Positions 35,800-49,515 are shown, counted from the first letter of the stretch. The stretch: DNA of 64,000 bases from Phoronis australis (GCA_002633005.1 NMRA01000019.1:400057-464056), one strand, 5' to 3'. Notes: generated by a model not told the origin, from the letters alone. Made by a program: numbers and translations.

Positions 35800-38508
35800 T
35801 TCGAGTTCATCACTTTATTAATCTTGACTGTATGCTCATATTAAGTCCATTCAAACAAAACGTACAACGTAATGTCTGTTCTATGCTCAGCCAGTGCGAC
35901 AAAGTCTTGACTTTCAGTACCTCCTGCAATAACATGCTACTTTTGACAGTTCTTTGTTCTCTAGCCACAGGTGAAGTGTTAGACAAGTTCTGTGCAATTG
36001 AAACTGTGCAACGGCTGATGTTGTAGCCAATGAATAAAGTTATGAACTATGAAAGTACCTAGATGTTCTATTATTTTCTCCTCTGGAATGATAATTAGAT
36101 GCTCCATGGACAGTAGAAGTAAAATTATTTTCAATTAATGTTGCTGCAATTTCTGATGTTTTTAGTGGGACAAATTTGCTGGAAGTGCAATTTATCATTC
36201 CGTTTGTCCAAAGGTGTGTAGATTGATTCTGTCTTTTTATTTCTAAACACAGTTATGTTGCTCAAGTGGAATGACCTCTTATTTCGTGCATTAAGTAACT
36301 TTGTATCCTTCCATGAGTCCACATATCGTTGATGTTTCATTGTAGTCAGATGTAAAAGTGGAGGCCAGCTCAATTAAACAGAAGTTGATTGCAAACCACA
36401 GATTTATGCAAATACCTAAATTGTTAAGTGCTTGTAGTTATAGTCAGTGAAAATGTGTAACATACTTTGAAAAAAGCAAAATTATTTGGATCATGATAAT
36501 GCTCGATAAAATAAAACTTTTTGAATGCTGTTGTGACTGAATGTTCATTATGATGCATATTGCAAACTATTACTGGGTGAACAATTAGGTCAATATATTT
36601 ACCACCAGTCCTTGGAACATATGTGTCTGTGACTTATCATCATCACATCTTTACATGTAATGACAATGTAAATTATCAGATGACTTTAGTTAACAGCTTT
36701 TGAGATATTAGGAGATAAACTGTGTTTTAGGTTCAAAAAGATACCAAAATTTAGCATTAGAAAGTTAATCTTCCCAATTTTAAAGTTTTATTTAAAAATT
36801 CGCTTTGAAGCACCTTGTAACTGGTTAGAATTACTGTAAATAACAGTGTGATTACTAAGGCATCATTTTAATATAATTACTAAGTTGGTCAAGTCATTGC
36901 ACTTGGCCATTTGAACCCTAAAATGCACTGACTACATGTACTTTGGGCCAACTGGGTGGATTTGGCCCCAGAATTCAAGAAAACCCTGGGCCAGAATTTT
37001 TGGGGGATTTTTTGATCGGTAAACAAGAAAGTTCAATGAAGATTTTCAGTGAAATTCAGATTACATTTTCTTCCTACACTAACAGACGAGGATTTAGCTA
37101 ACTGCACTTGCACCACTCGGCCACTTACTAAACGGTGAATACGCAAGTGGCGGATCTAGGATACCACAAGGGGGGCCCAACATGACACCTCGGAGAAATG
37201 GGCAAAGCTCGATTGCATGCTTAGGTGGCTCGAATGTTGTGGGGGTTGGCGATACGGACCTGGTGTTCCGGAATTCTACCGTTGGGCTCGATATTTTCTC
37301 ACGCTTCATGCTGTTGCTGTGTAATTTTTGCTTGCACCAGTCATGGGGGGACCTTGGCCTGTACGCAATCATCACGTAGTAACAATTACCCGAAATTCAT
37401 TTTAGTTATAAATCCTACGTACAGTCACGATGCATTGAAATGTTTTTAGCAAAATGTTATTGTTCATGTTTACTATAGATTAGTACACAACATAGTCTAC
37501 GATGTTGACCGTACGCCGATCGGTGAGCCAGACTATTTTCATTCACTAAACGATAAGACATGAATAGAACGATTTCCGTTTGAAATGCACATAAATGAAA
37601 TCCTGGGCAAAAAGTATTATTAGATCATACTTGGGAGAGCATAGAAACCAAATAAAACGATAACTTAGTTCAGAAATGGGACTTCTTTGAGTCAATCGAG
37701 GTGTCGATGTGCTTTCGAAACCAGCCATCACTGTTTTGCTTTGGGCGACCTTTCACCTCTCTGAGGTCATCAGGCCATTTCCAAATAAGGCACGCAATGC
37801 ATTTTGGGACTGTAATGTCGGACTTGACGAGCACGAAGGCGTGTCTTTTTGGTCAACTTTCAAACGTAAAGAAAAATACTCCAAACTCATCTAAAACTCA
37901 CTATATTTACGAAACCTACAAAAAAACTTGTACGCTACGATATGATACAGGTTTCATGCAAGATGAGTAACATTTACTTTCTTATTTTATACTATTTTTC
38001 ACGTTCCAAGTCACTTTAAGGCTTTATTTGAAGTTGAAAACTATTTAGAAATTGATAAGCTTCACGACTGTTTGTACAACTGGTGATCACTGTGCAAGCT
38101 AGACTAACTAAAGAAACTGGTTGTCATTTAAATATTGAACATGAAACACAATGTCTACACTATGCTCCTAGAACTGTGTAAACCATTATCACTTTTTATT
38201 ACTTTGGGATGCTTTCTCTGAAATCAAAGCTAAGTATTTGAGCCACAGCATATGAACAAGTCCTTCTCTGTAGAACTTTTATCAGCTGTTCAGTGAACCT
38301 GAAACCTGTTGTAAAGTGTGTCTACTACAGTGTAATCTAAAAAAGGAAAAACTGTTGTATTGCTGAAAACTGTACACAGTATACCAATGTACTTGTCAAG
38401 ATGTTGGACTTTGGAGGGATGGCCACGTGAGCAAATAAAGGTATATTTGTCATGAAAACAAACCATTATAACATGAGGAGCAGAGACATACATGACGGAT
38501 CGACTTAA

Positions 38509-38807
38509 AGGGACAGTGTCAGTTTGATTTGCATTATTGTTGAATGGTATTGATGTCTTGAAATAATAGCTTGAACCACCGCTATAAAAACGAAATCTGT
38601 TGTGCTTTTGCTATTTATTACAAATTCTCCAATTCTAACCAATGTCTGCCACACATTTGCTGAAACCGAGGCTTGAGACTAAAACATTTAAAAATGCTTA
38701 TAACACTTTCAATTGCCATTAATCAAAGTGGGATTAGCGTGCTACTGCAGAGGTTCCAAGTGGGGCTACTCTCTGAAGATCACTTTTGTCACCGAAAAAA
38801 TGTCCCT
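38509..38807. mobile_element. Kolobok-type MITE
   Basis: TTAA-AGGGACA ... TGTCCCT-TTAA, 299 bp. Confidence 0.7.
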
Positions 38808-38916
38808 TTAAGCCAAGAGGCACAGTGATCATTGACTGAATGAGGATCCTAAGAGAAAGTAATCCTCAATTTACTTAAGTGCACTCAGGGGACTAAGTCC
38901 TGGCAATTTCAGATAC

Positions 38917-39088
38917 TCAATTGAACAAAAGGTCACTATAGAAACTTAGCAGGCTAATAATTGAGGTGTTGTAATTGGTAGTTGTTCGAATGATCTTGAA
39001 ACGGTCAGCCCTTTCAAAATTTGATCGCACCATTTCATAGTATTCACCATCACTGAACGCCATCGACTTGAGGTGAGGACATCGTATT
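38917..39088 (-). CDS. Last exon of a conserved invertebrate gene, probably F-box/LRR-type
   Basis: cttttctttcAG acceptor (phase 2), (R)IRCPHLKSMAFSDGEYYEMVRSNFERADRFKIIRTTTNYNTSIISLLSFYSDLLFN*. Splices in frame with 51427-51606. Family call is from recollection only. Confidence 0.75.
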
Positions 39089-39566
39089 CTGAAAGAAAAG
39101 ACCCAAAATACACAAGGCATCAATGAGACGGCGACCATGAATAATGTGTAGTCTGGCACAGTGCTTTCAGTAGATGATCTCTGTTTGGAAGCTTCATTGA
39201 CTAAAAGAATTAAGAAGTTTTTGACCCAGAGTTAGATCCTTTAAATTATTCAAACATTAATACTCCAAACTCGAAAGCAAAAATCAAGGAAATCACCCAG
39301 AAAAAAAGCTTTAGTAAATCCCCTTAGAGAGAAATTTCAATCTAAAAGACAAATACATAGAGAAAAAAGTCCACTGAAACAGGCTTGATTAGAATTTTCT
39401 TTTACCCAAGAAAACTGTGGATTGTGTGCAGGGAATTAATGTGTTTAAAGGAGCATGCCACCCAAAAAACAACCTAATTTGTATCACTTTAGATCGAGTA
39501 ATTCTACTCCATATCGACACGTACAGTTGCGTTACCTGACACCTGTCAGCATACGGAGGTGTTGAA

Positions 39567-39748
39567 TGTGACGTGATGTTCGATTACACGTTTTATTCGG
39601 ATTATTGGACTTTAGTCGTAATGATAGTTTAGTCAGAGCTACTTCCCGTTGTCATCAATTTCCTGCCGTGTCTCAGACCATGAGGTCATGATATAATAAA
39701 GTGATGTTTTATTAGTTAAAATCTACAAGTTAACAGCAATTCGTTACA
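39567..39748 (+). mobile_element. 5' LTR of Gypsy element, followed by a tRNA-Leu-type primer binding site
   Basis: TGTGAC...GTTACA, 182 bp, internal AATAAA. Kolobok homology stops at 39566. TGGTGGCAGCG at 39749-39759 is complementary to the 3' end of tRNA-Leu (...CGCTGCCACCA). Confidence 0.8.
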
Positions 39749-39938
39749 TGGTGGCAGCGTGAACAGGACCCTGACGAACCACTGAAGAGACGAGGAGACC
39801 AATGAAAAAGCATTGTGGTTTTGCTCATTAATCCCTAAACTAGTGAGCCTGATCTGGTGAGTCTATTCCAGTTTTTACTCTGACTTGACTTTGAAGACGT
39901 GCTTAAGAAGTCCCTGGTGTCTCAGATTGCGACTCACG

Positions 39939-42606
39939 ATGGCCCACGCTTATGGTCTACCCCCTCCCTCCCCTTTGGATTTGCACTCCAACAATGTGGC
40001 AGAAGGATGGAGGAAATTCCGGAATGCTTGGGCGAATTACTCGCTGGCATCGGAACTAAACAAGAAGCCGGAAAATGTCCAGGTAGCAACACTCCTTACT
40101 GTAATTCGAGAAGAAGCAAGAGATCTTTTCTACACCTTCGACATGACTGATGCTGAAAGAGAACAGATTGGTGCTGTAATGGACAGGTTTGCGGCGTATA
40201 GCGAACCAAAAAAGAACACCCCATTTGAGAGATACTGCTTTAATAAGTGCGTACAGGAACCAGGTGAATCGTATGAGCAGTACAAGACGGCTTTGCGAAA
40301 ATTGGCCGAGAGGTGTGAGTTTGCTGACATCACGCCAGATGACATACTCAGAGATCGTTTGGTATTCGGCATTAGAGATCCCAAGGTACGTGAACGCCTC
40401 AGAGAAGCTTCACTGACGTTGAAAAAAACCGATGAGATTTGCAGGGCAGCCGAATCAACATCAGCACAGATGAAGTTGGTTGGAGAGGCTACAACGGGCG
40501 TCCATGCAGACAACACTAGAAAGAAGAACCAGACAACCCAAAGGAACAAAAAAAAACAGACACAGACAAGCAAACAGCATGAGTGTCAAACTGTGGACTC
40601 AAGCATGGTGAAAAATGTCCTGCGAAAGGAAAGCAATGCAATAAATGCAGAAAATAAAAACCATTTCGCGGTTAAATGTTGGAGTGACGCATTTACACAG
40701 AAGGCCAATGCATTGTATGAAGAGGACCACCCCCAAACGTACGCAATCTCCAATATGGGAGAGCTTTCGCCTCGACAGATAATAACACTTTGTCTTGAAA
40801 ACGGAAATTTTGTGCAGTTTCAGATAGACAGTGGAGCTGACACATCGGTTATCCCAGTCCACATCTACAAAGAAGCTACAGGTGACCATACACTGGGCAA
40901 ACTGGGGTCAGTGGCATCGTGCATAGAGGCGTATGGAGGAAGCAAACTTCAGACAATGGGTCAAGTGATTCTCGGTGTTTCGAGATTTGATAGAAGATGC
41001 AACATCAGATGTCTAGTGGTGGACAATCCAAATGGAAGACCCCTGCTAGGGGAAAAGGCGTGCGTTGGTTTGAAAGTACTCAAATACACAGATAACGACG
41101 ATATGAGACGACCCTACCCTAAGGATGCCAAGATATTCAAGATTACCATGGCGACGGCATCAAAACCAGTTTCAAAAGAAGATTTTGTAAAAGCATTCCC
41201 AGATGTATTCAGTGACAAGGTGGGAAAGCTTGAAGGGGAGCACCGCATCAGACTGGATGACAGTGTGCCAGCTGTACAACATGCACCAGTGCCCCTCAGG
41301 GAACCCTTGAAAGCAAAGCTGGAAGTTCTTGTCAAGGATGGGATCATTGCCCCCATTGAAGAGCCCACGGAGTGGATTAACTCTATGGTTGTTGTCCGTA
41401 AAAAAGACAATGACCTGCGCATATGTTTGGACCCCAAACACCTGAATGAGGCCATTCTTCGAGAGCACTACGAGATGCCAACAGTGGAAGACATCGCTAC
41501 CACATTGCACAACGCAAAAGTATTTTCCGTGCTGGACGTGACCAAAGGTTTTTGGCATGTACCTTTAAGTGAAGAATCATCCTGGTTGACAACCTTTCAC
41601 ACACCCTTTGGGAGATATAGTTGACTTCGACTCCCTTTTGGAATAAAGTCGGCACCTGAAGTATTTCAGAGGAAAACACACGAGCTTATACAACGTTTAC
41701 GTGGCGTTGAGGTTCAGGCGGACGACTTCTTGGTAGTCGGTTTTGGGGACACTACAGAAGAAGCTGTACGTGATCACGACAACAATCTCTCTACATTTTT
41801 ACAACGATGCAAGGACAAGCATGTAGTACTGAACCGTAAGAAATTCAAGTTCAGGCAATCCTCTGTGGAATTCATCGGTCACATAGCCTCAGACAAAGGT
41901 ATCCAGGCCGACCCAAGTAAAATCCAGAAGACGTCAAGGGTGTCCAGAGACTCTTAGGTATGGCACAATACTTGGGTAAGTTTTTGCCCAACCTCTCCAG
42001 TATTGTGGAACCTTTGAGAGCGCTTACAAGAAAGGAAGTTCCTTGGTCCTGGGATGTGCAACAGGTGCAGGCATTTGATAAACTCAAGCAGGCCATCGCA
42101 AGTACTCCTGTTCTGCGATACTACAACCTGGATGAAGAGCTGACGATACAGTGCGATGCATCCCAGTCCGGACTTGGCGCAGCGTTGTTACAGAATGGAC
42201 AACCCGTGGCCTATGCATCTCGAGCACTTACTTCAGCAGAGCAAAACTATGCTCAAATCGAGAAAGAGCTATTGGCCATTGTCTTTGCCTGTGAGTGGTT
42301 CAACACATACATCTATGGTAGGGATCAGGTGATTGTCAACACAGATCACAAACCCTTGGAAACGATTGCGAAGAAGGCCTTGTATCAGTTACCGAAAAGG
42401 CTACAGCGCATGTTCCTAAGGCTACAGAAATATGCATTAACCATTACGTACGTTAAAGGAGAGAGCCTTTTCTTAGCGGATACTCTAAGTAGAGCATATC
42501 TGAAAGATACCTGTGAGGTGAAAGAGGTAGTGACAGTCAACCATGTACAAGAATCGGATGCTTTGACAACTGACCTTTGGAGACAATTGGCAGCAGAGTC
42601 AGCCGA
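39939..42606 (+). mobile_element. Gypsy/Ty3 (Mag-like) gag-pol, disabled and 3'-truncated
   Basis: Gag (LRDRLVFGIRD; two CCHC-like knuckles in a shifted frame at about 40580-40680), protease FQIDSGAD, RT (CLDPKHLN, LDVTKGFW, RLPFGIKSAPEVFQ, ADD), RNase H (CDASQSGLGA, YAQIEKELLA, TDHKPL). TGA at 41622-41624, frameshift near 41925, no integrase or 3' LTR. Confidence 0.95.
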
Positions 42607-44468
42607 GTTTCACAACAGTATCTGCCAGCAAATACTAAATTAGCATGAGCTCACATGGCCTCGGTGTCCCGTCAATTAGTTTTATTGTACCTAAAGCCGG
42701 TTACGCAGTGATTTATTCATTGCTGGCTTCTCAAATTATTTGCACTCACGAACACTCCAAAGGCATTACAAATTGCATCTAATGAGACAGACTTTGTTTC
42801 AGTTTTATATAAGTATTGGTTAGGGTGAGAATAATTCATTTTGAAACAGAACACTCAGTAATAAACACCAACATGGCAACTCGCAGTCCCAACTTAGGAT
42901 GAGCTAGAGCTCATCAGTCCCAACTTCACAGGTTGATCGTTGAGTTTTACAAGCTATCAATTCGAACAGGAATACAGTGATGAAGAAATACTAGAGACTG
43001 GTGCCGTGAACAAGCTTAGACAACGGAACGTATGGAGTTATTTGGTAAGCCGGCACTGTCGACGTTAGGCAATGACCATCGCCTCTGTTGGCCCCGACTC
43101 ATACTTGCTATTTACAGTGTACATTTCATTTTTCACTACCGTGAGCCACTTCCTAAGCATTTCGGACTCTCGAGGAAGTAAAAAAAACGATATACCTGCT
43201 TTCCTGGCAGCTGTTTAGTTCGGACAAGTGGGAACGATGCACCGCAACATAGCAGCATTCACTCTGCATATGAACCACTGACGTCGCTAGCGTCGTTTCT
43301 CACCTTCCTCACAGGTTAACGCGACACCTCTTGGCAAGGTAAGGTCGACCGTATGCGAGGCGATGTGGATACAGACCGATTAAGACGGCAAAAAAGACTA
43401 ATTAAATCGGGTGGCATTCTCCTTTAATAGTTGATCATTCTTGTGTGCCATTGACACTAGAATTTAAAGAATAAAACAAAGGGCAATGGCAATGGAAATT
43501 TCGTAATTTGTTATTACAGGATAAAGCATTTATTACAACACTTCAACAAGCATTTCTTGATGTAAAAACTCAATACCATATTCCTGTCAACAATTTGGGG
43601 GCTATCAATACTTATTAAAATGAAGCAATTCAATTAGTAATTGATGACCAGGTCTCCGTTAATGTTTTGTTGATGGAAATGAGATTTAGAAGTATTGTTT
43701 TATTCTGTTCATAGGAAAACAGATGGTTGACACAGTGACTAAATTCCAGAATGAAATACCTGGTAAGAGGATACCACAGTTATAGATCAACAAAGAGTTG
43801 GAAACAGAGCATTTTCATTGAGAATAGTATTCTAAAAGGATTATAGTTTTTGATGACTGGAATAATAAATTTGGCCCTCAACTAGCCCACATATTGTCAG
43901 ATAGACAGGCTTCAGGGAATTGGAAGGTAGAGTTGCATTTAAAGACTTGTCGGTATACTCAAAAAAATAAAAAATACAAGTGCCCTAATTCAAATGGTTT
44001 CAATATGGAATTTAACTTTTTGTTGATGAAGATCTGGATGTTTCTGTACTCTGTCATATTAACTGTTGTGACAACAAGAAATACCTTGAATTATAACTCT
44101 GCTATGTAAACAAGATAAACCTAGGCAATTTACAGTGTTAAAAATTGGTGGGCAATTACGTTAACTTACTGAACTGCATTATATAAAGTGACAACGTCCT
44201 GTATTGTAAACAGAATTAGGACACTTTTCTTGACATAATTATCTGAATGACTGCCCAACAGAATAACTTTTTAAAATAATATAAAAGAATACAAACACTG
44301 CTCTGCATTTTCTGGAAAATAAGGATCAGAAATTAACGATTTTTACCATCAACATATTTTTCAAAAGCATAGCAAATGTCAGACAAACAATCACTTTTCA
44401 GCGTGAGAAATTAACAACTGTTAGTATTATGTAGTCATTCAGGGTATGGTAAAATGTTAAGAACTTAA

Positions 44469-47400
44469 GTACTAGTCCACGAGAGCACCAACCATGAGCG
44501 GCAAGGTGGGGGTCAGCCGATTTTCACCAAATTTGGCACATATGTAGTCCTATGGGATCTATAAACAGCGGTAAAATATTTCCTCAAAATATTGTTTTTC
44601 TAAAGTTATAGGTTCAAACACATTTTACGTTTTCGCAGCCATGTTTTCACGGTATAAAAACTGTCCAGTTTCAACTGTTCATATTTTTCCTTGAATGAAA
44701 GCTATTGATTTATTATTCACTTGGCATTGTTTAGTGGTGCCTATAGATTGTTACGCAGATGTCTTGAAACACGATTCCGATTTACCGCCCTCATTTAGTA
44801 GTTTTACTACACTGCCCCCCGTTATGCCATTTTGAGGTTGTGTTCAGTACACTGCTGTACCAAATCTGCCCCCACTGTTATGAGAATGAAACTTAGCCAA
44901 AATGTTGACAAAACATGTTACTTTCATTTCATAAAATAAAAACTTTGTCAGCCAGTTTATTAGTTATATATTTTGGCACCTCAAATGTACTAAAATGAGA
45001 AATTTTCATATATCTGAGATCGATGCGTGAGCACCGTAAAATCCGATTGTCCTTCATGTTTTTCGATATTTTGCAACAAGTTAGTTCCTCCTGAATGTTT
45101 TGAACGTTTTACTACTGATCACTTAGGGCTATAGTACCCCTAAATACCATACATGGCTCCATTTTGTAAAAAGCCGATTATGTCCTCCACAGTGAACAGG
45201 GTTAGACATGAACTCGACAAATGTAGGTTATTTTGATTTACAGTTGTTTTACTTTGCAATTTCCTCATGGGTATTTCTTCACACATACTCAAGTCAGATT
45301 TTCTGTTGATCAAGTGTTCATGCAATGCATTGTAATATCAAATGAAGGATAAGTTTGGTTGCATGACCGCAATTTTTCCCACGACTTAAAACAAAAGACC
45401 GCAGAAATTTTCCTGACGAAATACCGGGTTTGCAGTTCTGTAAAAACATTCGAATGACAAGACAAACTCCACCACTGTCCATGGCAACTCGTCGCATGTT
45501 TTTCGCCCATCGGTCCTATCATTGTTTTCCTTTGTTGTGTCATTGTTGGATGTAACAACACAGGTCGCATGGATATAGAACCTTGCGTACATCAGACCGT
45601 TGCCGATAAGTGCTCGTCATTATATCTTTATTATAACAACGGAAACAATGAAGATGCTAATCTATTGTTCTCTATGCGACCAGGTTTCCCGTGGATGACC
45701 ACAGAAGAGGAATCCCAAACTATCCACAAACAATGACCACGCACCTTAGTAACTATTACCGCGCACACGAATCCTTTCCGTAGAACCTAAACACCAAATT
45801 TTTATATCCGTGTATTGTGTTGTATTGCTCATGGTAGGGGTTCAGACTATGTTGTATTAAGATTCCAATCCCCAACCCCCTAATATGTAGTTTGAGTAAA
45901 ATTTCTAGACAATGCGGTTTTATAGATTTATTCTCCTTCAAATGAAGAGTAAAAATCAAATTCTGCACAGGTTTTTTAAAAGTAATCACTTATTGGAAGA
46001 TCACACATCTAAAAAATAAACAATGTTTGACAATTTTGTTCATTATCTTATTTGAAAATTGCCTACCTCACAGACAACTCATCTAAGCTGAAAATATTCC
46101 TTGTGAAAAAATATAAAATACCAACCAGAGACTTGTGTACTACAAAATATGTTTTCGTAATACAATGCAAAGATAACTGTACAGTCAAAAGTGCAAATGT
46201 TATCACTCTAATAAAAAGTTGCCTTCTAGATCTTTTCAACACTCTAATTGCTACAGGACAGAGTCAACCACACAAAGCTCATAAAGTCAGGGAATTACAT
46301 TTAAGGTGACGTAGTCTCACTGCGAAAAAGTAATTTCGCAATATCGCTGACAACACTGGAAATCTCTTCTTCACAAACTTGAGGTAGCTGTATTTACCAC
46401 ACCAATGTTCTTATCAAAACTAACCACCACAATATGAAAAATTGGCTTGTCGGTTCCAGTTAGGCAGCATTTTACAATAAAATGGTCATGAAAAAATACT
46501 TTTGCAACATGGTTTGCATTACAATTGCCCTACGATTACAGTTGTACATACATACTAGACCAGCAACAAAATTACCCATGGGAACCATAAAATGGTCAAT
46601 TCGCCAAAAAACAAGAAGCCACCAGAGCTAATGTGCCAATACTTTTCAGTACTGCAACAAAAAATCATTTGAAGTGGACATAAACTCGCCTAAAATCACA
46701 TAAAACAACTTTTAATTTAGATATTTTACCATCACAAAATAGGTATTACTTCCAGGTCACTTTTGAGCAATTTCAGAACTTTGAAAGATCTGGCAATATG
46801 CAATTGCTAAAGACCAGACTAATAGTGTGCGATTTTATACACACAGCATGGTCTCAAGGAATAGCAAACTGTCAATTCGCTACAATTCCAGAAATCACTT
46901 CCCATCTGGATAAGGAACAAACTGAGCAAAGTTTATAGAGGTAAATGGTCTAAATCAAAACTTATTACCTCCTGGACAGAATATGGGTTTATAACCCAGG
47001 CAGAAAGATAAGTTAACAAAACCAGCCTAACTGCAACAGGGTCTCAAATTTCAGTAATATATACCCATTTACAAACAAAAATCTATAATGGTAAATAAAA
47101 TGCGGAAACATAAATTCAGATCAATTACACATCTTCAAGGAAAAGGAATAGTACAGTGGTCAGAAATCATCTAAATGTGATGGCCACACTGAGAAATCCT
47201 GTCAGACCAAAAAATCCAGTGGCTAAACAAAATGAACAATGTACCATTACCATGTGGCCCAGGATCATAATCCGTGCCTGGACAAAAATTCAGTCTTAGA
47301 CTAGGTAAATTTTAGATTTGTGCTGTTCACACAAGCAGTTCTGGTGCAAACAAAGCTTGCGACAACACACAAGCCTACTTCCCTACACAGCTGTGCTGAT

Positions 47401-49515
47401 ACAATAATGCCCCCACTGGATTTAGCAGATCTGCCAGAGTATTTACAGGTCCAGCCACTGTACTGTTTCCTCCCTTTGAATTTTTACAATGCTACATCCT
47501 TGACAATCGCAGATTGCCTCTTTCTATGCATACTCCACTTCCTCTGTCCCAGTTTCCCCACATTTGCTGAAAGTGGCCTATCTCAACAAATTACTTTGGA
47601 CCTGTTGTGGTATAAGCCAGTAATCTTTGGCAAGTACTTTTTCCCCAACTCGTTCCTCAAGCTACAAATTCTCTTTGACATATCTTCTGGGAGTAGACTT
47701 TTCAGCCTCTCTCTAGCCCCCTCACTTAGTTGTCCAGAAGGGTACCTTCTTGCTGGTTGTGAACTTTTCCATACCCAACCTTTACTAATAATCAGCAAGT
47801 CTCCAACTTCAGCAGAAGCCACTTCTTCAGCATAAGCCTTTCCTGATTCCTAAAATTGTATTAATGAAAAAATTAAACATATTAAATTTAATGTGGCCAT
47901 TTCGGCTCAGAAAATATGAATACCAAGCTAAAGTGAAGGCACCAATATTTTTGACGGCTTTAGCATGTTTAATTAACTTCATAATCGCAGAAATTCATTG
48001 GCAGACATAACATACTCCCTAGTCTCTAAAAGTAGTTCATGGGCAGAAGTCATGTTACACATTTGGTGGTTGTTATGAAAAGTTATGATGACTACCTATT
48101 TTCTATGCCAATGTATACATGTAGTTGCATAAACATCAACACATTTGAATAAGATATGATTAAGCAATAAGGCCCAAGTTATAAGCAATCACGGTGTGAC
48201 AATAAAAGTATTTTTGCATGAATGACGTGCTTCTAAAAATATTCCTCAGGGTCAGACCCTGGAGTTTAGTGATTCCTACCTGAGCTCACACGAAGCAGGA
48301 CGTTGTCGTTGAACCTTGACTTAACGTCTTTGGTCATTTTTCAGACCTCTATCAGGCTCTATCAGATTTCTCCTCTAGTGTGCAGTGGATGTTCTCAGTG
48401 TCTTTGGCGACAGCAATATATCTCGAGTGTTGTAACGATGATTCGGGCAAGTGAATCTAATAAGGTAGATTATGTAGCTCCTGCTCCACACCTGCCTCCG
48501 AGGCAGACACTGAGACAGACTACTTCTCAGGACTCAGGAGGACACGTTCCACCTCCACATCAGCTCCACGTACTCTTATAAGGTGCTCAAATGTCTCGCT
48601 CTATACCTTGTGCATTTCCCAAGAGTTTCCAAAGTTGTTTCTCTCCGCAATTTGTAGAAATACCACATTCGATGCGACTGGCAGTGCCAGATAAATAGAT
48701 AAATTCGCAAACCCGCACTTTAGGTCAGCCATCATTCAACTAACGCATTGTAAGCTTTAGTTTGGTATTCAGACGAGTTGGATGAACAAATTTAGTATAA
48801 TTTCATATTTTAGTGGGAAATGCTAGTGTCTTTAAAATTAATTAAAAACATTTAAGCAAACCAATTCTTTTAATTGTTGTATTATACCACGGCATATTAA
48901 TGCGTAGAAACGGCGCACAACTAGTGACTGGTTTAACATGACAAATACACATACGCGGTCTGAAAATAGTGAAATTCAGACACCTATTACCAAGCCTGCC
49001 TGAAGGGCTGACAAAGTTTTTATTGTATTAATTTCAAGGGCATGGAGTCTTCTACATGTCCATGTTATTATTTTTAGTTTTCTCGCGGGGGCAGCTTCGC
49101 TATAAGGGTACAACTTACTGCTGGTTTTTCACAAGAAGGAAAGGTACCTCCACGGAAACAGTTCCAGTGTTACCATGGTAACAGATATTGCAGTGTCGGT
49201 GCCGTTTTTACTGACATTGGTCATGAACCTATCGTGTGATATCAAAATTGTTCAGAAACGATTCTGTTTGAAGCAGAAACTGGAGTAGAAAATTTGGTCA
49301 AAAATGACTCATTCCACAACAAGAAATTGCCTCATTTTGCCCCCAAGAACACTTCCCTTGTATCTCCTAAACCACCAAACTTTGTGGGGTCATACTTCAC
49401 CCAATTTCTCTCATCCCTAATGTGATTTATCAGACTAAACATGGATCTGAATGGCTGACCCCCCACCTTGCCGCTTGTTGGCTGTACAGTGGTCGGTGGA
49501 TCCGTGGACTGATAC
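44469..49515 (-). mobile_element. 5-kb TTAA-flanked TIR transposon with decayed transposase N-terminus (Sola3-like, tentative)
   Basis: TTAA at 44465-44468 and 49516-49519. TIRs GTACTAGTCCACG...AGCGGCAAGGTGGGGGTCAGCC / reverse complement GTATCAGTCCACG...AGCGGCAAGGTGGGGGGTCAGCC. Minus-strand exon-like remnants at about 48280-48733 (CPNHRY, EHPLH, VLLRVSS|GT) and about 47380-47849. Confidence 0.6.

Larger units (their letters stand above)
29948..38015 (+). mobile_element. 8-kb degenerate Kolobok-type DNA transposon
   Basis: TTAA at 29944-29947 and 38016-38019; imperfect TIRs AGTGGCATGGACCGCGAAAA / reverse complement AGTGACTTGGAACGTGAAAA. First exon 30433-30638 (RRIYLGTEHCRWESLRSEL...SELAKR*LDH, GTAAGT donor) and DSKFIVF at about 34895-34915 resemble the N-terminal part of Kolobok transposase genes. 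No catalytic core seen. Confidence 0.68.
39449..43423 (-). mobile_element. Kolobok copy B (inverted relative to copy A), interrupted by Gypsy
   Basis: TTAA at 39445-39448 and 43424-43427. 39449-39566 matches the reverse complement of about 4009-4126; 42607-43423 matches the reverse complement of about 2139-3288 without the MITE. Confidence 0.88.

Noticed and set aside
39749-39759. tRNA gene
   Set aside because: Only an 11-nt complement to a tRNA 3' end, which is the retroelement primer binding site; no cloverleaf.
39885-41624. 579-aa ORF as an intact or domesticated gag-protease gene
   Set aside because: The zinc knuckles are scrambled by compensating frameshifts, RT continues past a TGA, and the LTR and PBS are retained; it is a decaying retroelement.
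41622-41624. Programmed read-through or selenocysteine at TGA codons here and at 35432-35799
   Set aside because: Single-base mutations (TGG or CGA to TGA) in dead transposons explain them more simply, and other disabling lesions co-occur.
47320-47835. 171-aa plus-strand ORF
   Set aside because: No recognisable motif; it is antisense to exon-like remnants inside a transposon.
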